From Octopus vulgaris (lineage: Eukaryota), in NCBI GenBank assembly GCA_951406725.2, contig OX597819.1, forward strand, positions 35,650,001 through 35,714,000: a stretch of DNA of 64,000 nt, written 5' to 3'. The notes under the pieces were generated by a model. The model was not told where the DNA came from. It did not search any database and saw nothing but the letters and a program-made list of their open reading frames with translations. The stretch's first letter is position 1. Every line of letters begins with the position of its first letter. A program made the position numbers and the translations under genes. Shown piece by piece: positions 53,466 to 64,000 of the stretch.

Positions 53466-53730
53466 ATAGAGTATACAGGATGTCTTTCATGTGTCACTGG
53501 CATGGGTGCCCTTAACTTCAAACTCTCTCTTTGTAAATTACACTTGCTCTTGAAAGTGATTATTCTGCTGAACAAAATTGTGACATCGAGAAAATTATGT
53601 GCTAAATCTAATTCATATTTATTAGTTTATTATATCAAAGCTAATATATTATAGATTTAAAAAAAAACAGCACATTTTTGCTATCACATGTTAGTTTGTG
53701 TGCAAGTGTAACAGAATTTTATCAGGATTT

Positions 53731-54235
53731 TACAAGGTTTGATCAATAAGTGTCTGGACTGTTGTCATAGTAATGAAGCTAAAGCATGCTGAGTAAAACT
53801 GCTTGGCAAAGATTGACCTTGAACTCTGCAGTGTATGTGCACTAAGTTTTAACATTCTCGCTCACTTCCGCTGTTTACAGCAGTACTTGAAAGGAACGTA
53901 TGTAGCGTGTGATCATTGCATTGGCCACGACAGAAAAAGTTGTCATGGTGATACCTGCTCAGAGGCCAATGCAAAGTTGCAGAAAGTGTATGGAGAGGAG
54001 TGTATGAGCCACACACAAATGTACAAGTGGTTCAGACATTTCTAAGATGGCTGAAAAAATGTCTCTATTGATGAATATTCTGGGAGACCTGGAACCAGCA
54101 GAACTGAGAAAAACATCGTAGATGTGCATGCAGCTGTAAGAGGAAGTCATTGAATTACCATCTGTGAGTTATCAGAGGATTTGCAGATTAGTTATGGTTC
54201 AGTTCAGTCCATTATTGCTGAAGATTTGGGTACGA
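53731..54235 (+). mobile_element. mariner 5' half (TIR plus decayed transposase N-terminus)
   Basis: tacaaggtttgatcaataag start; EANAKLQKVYGEECMSHTQMYKWFRHF; homologous to 17044 and 15885 fragments. Confidence 0.8.
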
Positions 54236-54441
54236 GTCTTGACTCAAGACTATTGAAAAGGTTGCAAGATGCAACGAAAATTTTAGAAAAATAAAGAAGG
54301 AAATAAGTGGAAATTTTACCGGTGAGTGTGTTAAATCATAAGGCACTAAAAGAGAATGACTCTCCCCAGACACAACAGAATATGCTTCAACACACGAATC
54401 TTGCATATAAAGAATCTTGCAAACCAAATCCAAAAACGAAA

Positions 54442-54495
<54 letters not shown>

Positions 54496-54517
54496 TATCA
54501 TCATCATATTATCATCA

Positions 54518-54564
<47 letters not shown>

Positions 54565-55479
54565 ATAATAATAATTATTATTATTATTAGTATTATTGTT
54601 AGGGTAGCGAATTTGCTGACTGAATAGATCATTGGATAAAATACTTAGTAGCATTAGTTTTGGCTTTTTTACATCCTGAGTTCAAAACTATCAAGGTCAA
54701 ATTTAACTTTCAACTTTCCCCAGTGTCAATAAAATTAATAGCCAGTTAAGTTCAGGTATGGGTATGATGTAATTGAGTAACTCCATTTCCTCTCAAAAAA
54801 AAAAAAATCATTTAAAGTTGATTGGACTGGGGTTGTCACATTTCAAAATTGATTGAATCTGTTGGCTAAGTTGATTATTTATAGCTTCTATAACTACCTA
54901 AACAAACCCCTCTTTTTATTTTCTCATCCCTTCCTGTTCTTACATAAACCTTCTTTCACTCCCTTTTCCTCTTTGATTTATTTTTGCATCCTATCCTCCA
55001 TGTCAAATTTATTTATTTCTTTATATACTTGTTTGCTCTTATTTGAGTTGTAATTTTATTTGTCAACTTACTTCATCTATATTTCTTAAAATCTAAATTG
55101 GCCTTCGCTTAATTTTCTCTCTTTGCTAACAGAAATTATAATTTCCCTTCATGAAAGCATAACACTTCATTTTATTTAACTTTATTTCTCTCATCATTAA
55201 TGTTTATGTTATTTTCCTCAATGGTTAATTGACTTACCTAAACGATTCCATTGATCATGAAATATGAAAAATCCGGTCCAATTAGCTTTAAATGCTTATT
55301 TGATGAACTGCTTCCTTTGATTGCTTCCTTCAACATTTGAAACTACTGTATTGTTTCAAAAGTTAGTTTCTCTCCAATGATTGCTTATGTAAAATGCAGA
55401 GCAATAGTTTGTGAAGTTTTTCAGGTTTAATAAAACCCTAACACTATTTCTGTAGTATTTTCCCCAAGCTTGTCTTGCA

Positions 55480-56165
55480 TTTATGTGTTCACATATCAGC
55501 CATCATGCAGGTATTGTCTTCCTTGTGTCCAAAGATCAGCTTGGTGCAACTCTCCAGTTTCCCTCTTTTGTGCTGCATGCATACAATCAACCAGGCACTT
55601 GTTCCCAGTCCATTCTTTGAGGTCATCAATGCGCAAACGTCTTTGATGGCCTCTTGCTCTCTTTGCCTCAACAGCTCCTGCTAGAATGATCTTGGGCAGT
55701 GACTTATGGTACATAGTATGTACCATAAAGGCAGCGAACTGGCAGAAACGTTAGCATGCCAGGCGAAATGCTTTGTGATATTTCGTCTGCCGTTACGTTC
55801 TGAGTTCAAATTCCGCCGAGGTCGACTTTGCCTTTCATTCTTTCAGGGCCAATAAATTAAGTACCAGTTATGCACTGGGGTCGATATAATCGACTTAATC
55901 CGTTTGTCCGTCCTTGTTTGTCCTCTCTGTGTTTAGCCCCTTGTGGGTAGTAAAAATAGGTATGTCCAAAATAATAAGACAGCTTTGTGGACTAGATACT
56001 TGATGATAGATGTCTTTGGATTCTTAGCTTTTCTAGTACTGCAGCATTTATAACCTTGTCTTTCCAGTTTAACCTGCCCAATCAATGGAAGATCTACATA
56101 TCAAAGACTGCTATTTTTTTCTCCATAGCTGTGTACATTATTCAAGCTCCTGCTCCAAAGAGGAC
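55480..56165 (-). mobile_element. Decayed RTE LINE 3' fragment interrupted by SINE B (55728-55960, plus)
   Basis: SLPKIILAGAVEAKRARGHQRRLRIDDLKEWTG; SINE flanked by approximate TSD gtatgt.cca. Confidence 0.7.
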
Positions 56166-56175
56166 AATTGTCGTA

Positions 56176-56622
56176 GGATCTTTTCGGTTTGAACGGCAAT
56201 TTTTAACATAATTTCTCAGTAATTAAAAAATTTTAAACTTCATATACTGGTAGAATGTGTTTATAAAACATCTTTTTCTCTTGCTTTTATTGAGAAAATT
56301 CGATAGTTTGTAAGATATTTGTTGTTTTTTTTCTTCAATTTCTGGAATTTCAACCAATCAGTGACATCTATTGAGTTAAAAAGCATTCTGTGCCATAAGA
56401 ATATGTCCTTCGTTTAAGAAACAGATTGGGTTTATTTACATTTCTGAAGAAAAAAAGATACCCCTTCCCTACCCTAACCCTAACCCTAACTAACCCTAAC
56501 CCTAACTAACCCTAACCCTAAAAGAGATTGAAATGCAATAGATCGATTCTAGGGTCATAATTATGGGTGACAATTTCATATGACACCGCTAGAAAAAACT
56601 GCCGTTCAAACCGAAAAGATCC
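56176..56622. mobile_element. Second copy of the telomere-repeat MITE
   Basis: Same TIRs as 12411; TSD ttgtcgta / ttatcgta; longer (CCCTAA)n tract near 56468-56521. Confidence 0.9.
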
Positions 56623-56938
56623 TTATCGTAATATAACTAGTACTCTATTGGTTATGATGAAGAGTGTTCCAGTTGATCCAGTCAACAGAAAAGCCTGCTC
56701 ATGAAATTACCATGCAAGCAGTTGAGCACTCCGCAGACCTGTCTACCCTTAACATAGTTCTCAGGAGGGGATTCAGCATGATACAGAATGTGACAAGGCT
56801 GGCCCTTTGAAATACAGGTACCACTCATTTTTGCCAGCTGAGTGGACTGGAGTAATGTGAAATAGACTGTCAAGCTCAAGGACACAACACGCCACCAGGA
56901 ATTGTACTCTTGACCTTATGATTGCAAGCCAAATACCC

Positions 56939-57064
56939 TAGGCGCAGTAGTGGCTGTGTGGTAAGTAGCTTGTTTACCAACCACATGTCTTCTACTATAG
57001 CCTCGGGCCGACCAAAGCCTTGTGAGTGGATTTGGTAGACGGAAACTGAAAGAAGCCCGTCGTA

Positions 57065-57095
<31 letters not shown>

Positions 57096-57340
57096 GCGTG
57101 TGTGTGTTTGTGTGTCTGTGTTTGTCCCCCTAGCATTGCTTGACAACCGATGCTGGTGTGTTTATGTCCCCATTACTTAGCAGTTCAGCAAAAGAGACCG
57201 ATAGAATAAGTACTGGGCTTACAAAAGAATAAGTCCCAGGGTCGAGTTGCTCGATTAAAAAGGCGGTGCTCCAGCATGGCCGCAGTCAAATGACTGAAAC
57301 AAGTAAAAGAGTAAAAAGAGTAAAATGAGTAAAGAGAGTA
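56939..57340 (+). mobile_element. SINE family A inserted at another tRNA-SINE relic (56660-56938)
   Basis: ggcgcagtagtggctgtgtggtaag head and (gtaaaaga)n tail. Confidence 0.9.
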
Positions 57341-58296
57341 ACCACAGAACCACAAACCTTCACAGCCATAATATAACCGTTTTCAGTCCTCAATCTTTGA
57401 TGCAGTGAATGACTTTTTTTTAGGTGAACAACTTTTTATATTCTTATAAATGTTGCTTTGACTTTTTTTATTCTTTGAGCAACTTCTTCACAGCTGTCTT
57501 CTTGTTTTATTATTTGTCACAAATGCTTGAAGTATTTTACTTGCTCTGGTTTCTGTTTGTCTACCTCTATATTTGTTTACTTTTGTTCTGTCTTACTAAT
57601 AACCATTGTCTTTGTCTTGCACACACACACACACACATGCACACGCATGCACACACACACATGCACATGCACACACACATGCACACGCATGCATATACAC
57701 ATACATATACACATGCACACGTATACACACACACATACATGCACATATATTTATATTTAGATTGCTACAGACACAACACACATGCACACACATTTATAAA
57801 TAAATACATATGCACATGCACACACACACAAGCACATATACACACTTATATATACATATATACACACACACCCATGTACATGTATACACACACATACATG
57901 CACACATATTTATAAATAAATACACATGCATATACACATGCATACACACACAAGCACATATACACACTTATATATACATACACACACACCACACATGCAC
58001 ACATATACACACACATACATGCACATGTACACGTACACACACACATCCACAAACACATGTGCACATGCACACACAAACACACAAACATGCACACACATTT
58101 ATATATACATACACACCCCACACATACACACACACAAACACACATGCACACATATACACGCACACATATATGCACATGTACACATACATGCACACACACA
58201 CATATGCACACTGATTTATATAAACATGCATACACACATCCCACAGATACACACGCATGTACATGTACACATTTATATATATATATTTATTTACTC

Positions 58297-58531
58297 AAGG
58301 CGGCGAGCTGGCAGAAACATAAGCGCGCTGCGTGAAATGCTTAGTGGTATTTCATGTGTCATTACGTTCTGAGTTCAAATTCCACTGAGGTCGACTTTGT
58401 CTTTCATCCTTTCGGGGTCGATAAATAAAGTACCAGTTTCACCCTGGGGTCAATGTAATCGACTTAATCCGTTTGTCTGTCCTTGTTTGTCCCCTCTATG
58501 TTTAGCCCCTTGTGGGCAGTAAAGAAATATA
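58297..58531 (+). mobile_element. SINE family B inside a CA-rich degenerate microsatellite (57620-58803)
   Basis: aaggcggcgagctggcagaa...gagttcaaattcc...gccccttgtgggcagtaaagaaata. Confidence 0.9.
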
Positions 58532-58760
58532 TTTATTTATTCATACACTACACACATGCACACACACAAATGCACACACATACATGCACATATATTTATA
58601 TATGCATACATGCACACAAGCATACACACATGCATGCACATATGCACACACATACACACACAAGCACATATACACACTTATATATATACATACTCACCCA
58701 AGCACACACACACACACACATGCACACACACACACACGCGTGCACACACACACACACACA

Positions 58761-58797
<37 letters not shown>

Positions 58798-59496
58798 ACA
58801 CACATTAATGGGACAAAAATGAATGCTTTTCAGAATGGAAAATAGAGTCAAAGCCTTATTAAACCGATGCAAGTATTTATAGTAGAATGCACTCAAGGAT
58901 CAAACGATGGTCCTTCACAGGGGAATCTAATGCAAATTGTTTTGAACATTACCCAAAACAATTGAAATGGCTTGCAAGTTAAGAAAAGGTCAAATGTGGG
59001 AAGAAATTATGTTTTTAAAAATAATTAGTGAAGTGTAAAAAATGATGCACTGACGAATATTTTGACCACGAATATATGTGAGTGTAATAGGGAAATGGGA
59101 ATTTGTGCTTTTTGCTTTAACAACCCATATATGGCTATATGGACTGTAGCTGTATAATGTGCCATTAACTCACTTAATGAGAGCTCTATTACTAAGTTCT
59201 CTGATAATGATGAATGCCAAATTAACTGAACAAGATAGATGGATGAAATCAATAAACTTATTCTGAATTATAATTAAACTAAATTTATTATTTTGGAAAA
59301 AATTCTGGAATAAATGATCAAATAGGTGTAGGCATGACTGTGTGGTAAGAAGTTTGCTTCCCAATCACATGATTCTGGGTTCAGTCCCACTGCATGGCAT
59401 CTTGGGCAAATATCTTTTACTATAGTTTCAGGATGACCAAAGCCTTGTGAGTGGATTTGGTAGACAGAAACTGAAAGAAACATGTTGCATATACAC

Positions 59497-59715
59497 ATGA
59501 GGGAGTGCTGAAAACTTCCTAGCTTTAAGGGTATCACGAAAGGCTTGGTTGGAGGCCCAACCTTCCGATTTCTTTTACAGGGCTTACAAAAACTGAAGGA
59601 CCACTGCAGTAAGTGTGTGACTCTGAGAGGGAAATATGTTGAATAAAATCATAATTAACTGATCCTCCTGTATTTTCTTATACCCAAAGCTAGAAACTTT
59701 TCACTACCCCTTCAT
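59497..59715 (+). mobile_element. mariner-derived MITE
   Basis: TIRs atgagggagtgctgaaaacttcctagcttt / aaagctagaaacttttcactaccccttcat; holds transposase C-terminus KLKDHCSKCVTLRGKYVE*. Confidence 0.7.
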
Positions 59716-60359
59716 CTGTGTGTGTGTGTGTGTGTATACACACACACATTGAGCATTCTCGCCTAATGGCTTAAACCTGCAGTCACTAACAATGCTGTAT
59801 AAAAACAAAGCAAAACATAGTTTATTCAATGAGAGACCCCTTATAACATCACCTGATGAGATGTGCCCGTACTGAGGGATGCACCACAACCAGTTCCAAT
59901 TGTACAGTATCCCACCAGTAAATTACTTACATTTCTGCATTAATATAAACAATCCTGAAATTAATAAATTTATGACTTTATACATTCCTTGTTGTTTTCT
60001 CTTGTATTGTACTACATATTCTATGTTTTGTAGAATGATGCATTAAGGAACTTTTTTATGAGCACTACTAGATTACTTGAATCTTTATATTGTGACTTAT
60101 ATGTATATATATATATATATAGGGAAAAATAAGTTCAAAAGAGAACAGTTCAAACTTTTTGAGCGGTCCAAAAAGTGAGAAAGAATGATTTCTAATAAAG
60201 ATTCATCATATACATAAAAAAACAGCCAGAGCAAGTAATAAGAATACGAAAATAATAGTTGAAAAATATCGTTATAGGTATAAATATATCCTAAACAAGT
60301 ATAGAAAAATGGAGGAGAAAAAGGTGTTGAATCAAAATTAGATTTAATACAAAATAGGA

Positions 60360-60468
60360 TTCGATACATACGCATGTTTCAAAGGACAATACAAATATGT
60401 AAGAAAAATATTATAACTATAGTAATTATAATTAAATTTATGCATTGTCATTTTCATCAGTGTGAGAA
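60360..60468 (-). ncRNA. Candidate type I hammerhead with long stem II
   Basis: ttctcaca-CTGATGA-aaatgacaatgca...tgtattgtccttt-GAAAC atgc GTA-tgtatcgaa; core intact, stem I weak. Confidence 0.5.
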
Positions 60469-61795
60469 AATTTTGTAAGGACATCAAAAAAGGTTTAATA
60501 AAATATAGAAAATTAAAATAAGTTACAATAAGGGAGAATACAAATGGGGTAATTGGGAAAGAAATCGGATATTTACAAGCTAGTTGTAAAAGGGAAAAAA
60601 TAACAGTAATAATAATAGTAAGAGAGATGAAAGAGAAAAAAGACAGGCATATCAATATGTATGCACGCCTATATGTGCAGTAGACTATAACATAAAAATA
60701 AGAATAAAAATCTAACGGATACGTTTTAAAAAGTGGTAACAGATTGAGATAAAGTATAATAAACAGGGCCATGTGTGTATAGTAGATTATAATGTAATGG
60801 GTGGACTAGTAGAAAAAAAACCCATCGAGAGTTATACATAAACATATTAATATTGAAAAACGAAATATATATATATTTTTTACATGAGGCTAAAAAGTTA
60901 TAGGCAAGACTGTTTGAAAAAAAGTTACAATATTTAAGTAAAAATGTACATTACATGCAGAGAAAAAGCTAAAGAGAACTTAACAAGGAAAAAAACGGTT
61001 GGTGTATTCAAGATAGTTACCTTACTCAAAAAACTAGCCCGGGGTAGGGGAGACAATCAGGAAAAAGTAGGAACAAAAAACGAATATATGAAGGAGAAAA
61101 TTATTATAAAAATACAAGTGATAGAAAAAACGTATACATTTAAGGCATAAGGATATATAGTCATACACATATACATACATACACACATACACATAGCAAA
61201 AGAGACCGATACAGCAAAAGAGACCGATACAGCAAAAGAGACCGATACAATAAGTACTAGGCTTAGAAAGGATAAGTCCTAGGGTTTATTTGTTTGATTA
61301 AAAAACCCCTTTAATGCAGTGCTCCAGCAAGGCCACAGTCAAATGACTGACACAAGCAAAAGAGTAAAAGAGTAAATGGTAACAGCCAGAAAATGCCGAA
61401 ATGGAAGTGAAAATAAAATAATAAAATAAAAGTGGAATTGGAAAAAAAGAACTAGAAAAATCATTAGCATAAAATTATACTGTAGGGTATGGAATGAACT
61501 TCCTGAAAGTATAACGGACTTAAGTACTTATAATGAATTTCAGAAAACATACATTAAAACACACAAACAATAATGTACAGAAATGGTTTGTCAATACTGT
61601 CAGCCAGTCTGCATCTTTAAGTAGTCTTGACAATGATGAAAATAAGGATTAAGATGATGACAACCATGATGGTGACAATGACAATGGTGATGATGATGAG
61701 GATGACAATAACACATGATGATGATGGTGATGATGATGATGATGATGATGATGACACTGATGATGATGATGACAATGGTGATGATGATGATGATG

Positions 61796-62875
61796 GTGAC
61801 ACTAATGATGATGATGAGGAGGAAGAAGTGGAGAAGAAGGAGAAGGAGAAAGATAAGAAGGAGGAGGATAAGGAGGACGAGTGACACTAACGATGATGGT
61901 GGTGATGATGATGAGAATGACGACGATGACAATGATTATGATGATGATGAAGACACTGATGATGATGATGATGATGATGATAATAGTGATGATAATGATG
62001 CTGTTGATGGTGACACGAATGATGATGATGAGGAGGCAGAAGGAGGAGGAGAAGGAGAAAGATAAGAAGGAGGACGAGAAACAAGGAAGAACAGGAGGAA
62101 GAAGAGGAAAAGGAGGACGAGGAGGAGAATGACAAGAAGGAGAAGGAAGAAGAGCAGGAGGAGGAGGATGAGAAGAATGAGAAGGAGAAGGAGGAGGATA
62201 AGGAGGACAAGTGACACTTATGATGATGGTGGTGATGATGATGAGGATGATGACGATGACACTGATGATGATGATGATGAAGACACTGATGATGATAATA
62301 GTGATGATAATGATGCTGTTGATGGTGACACGAATGATGATGATGAGGAGGCAGAAGGAGGAGGAGAAGGAGAAAGATAAGAAGGAGGACGAGAAACAAG
62401 GAAGAAGAACAGGAGGAAGAAGAGGAAAAGGAGGATGAGGAGGAGAATGACAAGAAGGAGAAGGAAGAAGAGCAGGAGGAGGAGGATGAGAAGAATGAGT
62501 AGGAGAAGGAGGAGGATAAGGAGGACGAGTGACACTTATGATGATGGTGGTGATGATGATGAGGATGATGACGATGACACTGATGATGATGATGATGATG
62601 ATAATAGTGATGATAATGATGATGATGATGGTGACACGAATGATGATGATGATGAGGCAGAAGAGGAGAAGGAGGAGGAGGAGAAGGAGAAAGATAAGAA
62701 GGAGAAAGACAAGAAACAAGGAAGAAGAACAGGAGGAAGAAGAGGAAAAGGAGGACGAGGAGGAGAATGACAAGAAGGAGAAGGAAGAAGAGCAGAAGGA
62801 GGAGGATGAGAAGAATGAGAAGGAGAAGGAGGAAAAGGAGAAAGAGGAAGAAAAGGAGGAGGATGACGACAGCAC
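61796..62875. repeat. Higher-order tandem repeat of a compound (GAT)-rich + (GAG/GAA)-rich unit
   Basis: Units start gtgacact at 61881, 62211 and 62529 (periods 330 and 318). Confidence 0.85.
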
Positions 62876-62892
62876 TGATGATGATGATGATT

Positions 62893-62951
<59 letters not shown>

Positions 62952-63275
62952 AGTATTAAGGAGGTAGGTTAGAACCGTACATCATTTCCGGTTTTTCGCA
63001 GGATAGGGATTATCCCCAACCTCCCCTCCACATCCCGCCATCCGTCCACACCTGGCAGTGGAAAAAATGATGGTAGTTATTATTTACCTAGAGCATTTTC
63101 TACTTCTTTTTTGCCATTTTGTTTTTTTTTTTTTATCTTTCAGCTGCTGTTAAATGAGGCTTGTAGTTGTGAACAGGATATACGAAGAGGAACAGCGAAG
63201 AGGAACAGCGGTCTCATTGCATAAACAGATGACATTTGCAACACAGAAACACTGTGTTATATAGCATTCTATTTG

Positions 63276-63958
63276 CACACACACACACACATACACACAC
63301 ACACACACACACGCACGTGCATATATACACACATAGACATAGCAACACACACAAACACATACACACACTCAAAAACACACACACATACACACATAAACAA
63401 ACACACACATACACACACGTACACATGTACACACATACACACACAAACGCATACACACACAAACACACACACACACACACAAACTCATACTCACTGAAAC
63501 ACACACACACACAAAAGCACACACACAAACACACATACACAGAGAGAAATACACACTCCTACACATGCACACACAAACACGCACACACAAAAACACGCAC
63601 ACACAAACACGCACACACAAAAACACACACACACAAACACACATACACAAACACATGCACACACAAACACACACAAACATACACATACAATCACACGCAT
63701 ACACACAGTCAAACACACATTCACTCACACACATGCACAAACATACACACACATACATACGTATGCACACATACACATACACAAACACATACACACACTC
63801 AAACACACGCACACACACACATTCACTCACACACATGCACAAACATACACACACATACACACACATGCACACATACACACTCAAACACACACACAAAGAT
63901 ACACACATACACACACACGCACAACCACACACACACACACACATATACACAATCACAC
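63276..63958. repeat. Degenerate (CA)n microsatellite
   Basis: Read directly. Confidence 0.95.
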
Positions 63959-64000
63959 AAAATATTTACACACCTACTCTCATGCATTATTTACACACCT

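Noticed and set aside
56468-56521. Telomeric repeats as a chromosome end or fusion scar
   Set aside because: The tract is short and internal to a MITE present twice in the window.
59853-59915. CTGATGA followed by GC-richer sequence
   Set aside because: No downstream GAAA or stem III, so it is not a hammerhead as it stands.
63120-63225. Strong polypyrimidine tract plus CAG (63141-63143) as a host exon acceptor
   Set aside because: It is followed by only 26 unremarkable codons before a stop; no partner exons found, so it cannot be supported without RNA-seq.

Overview
This is eukaryotic, AT-rich DNA saturated with microsatellites. The repeat families (tRNA-derived SINEs, RTE and CR1 LINEs, mariner/Tc1 relics) resemble those of octopus/coleoid cephalopod genomes; that assignment is inference from recognition, not a database search. 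I cannot support any host protein-coding gene. Nearly all ORF-track entries are translations of simple repeats, and the only real coding remnants come from transposons: a young RTE LINE reverse transcriptase (RT) fragment (34706-36057), a Penelope-like GIY-YIG endonuclease (49520-50089, minus), and several mariner/Tc1, RTE and CR1 scraps. The main unexplained signal is a set of short non-coding elements carrying type I hammerhead ribozyme motifs. Most sit in (TA)n tracts and all but one are accompanied by an inverted copy of part of themselves. Two copies of one ~354-nt family (3513-4124 and 40300-40740) are circular permutations of each other. Both are terminally redundant, flanked by 12-bp target-site duplications (TSDs), and show compensatory base changes in their stems. 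This is the pattern expected for retrozyme-like circular RNAs retrotransposed by Penelope-like machinery. The window also holds many fold-back palindromes and a MITE family that carries telomeric repeats.
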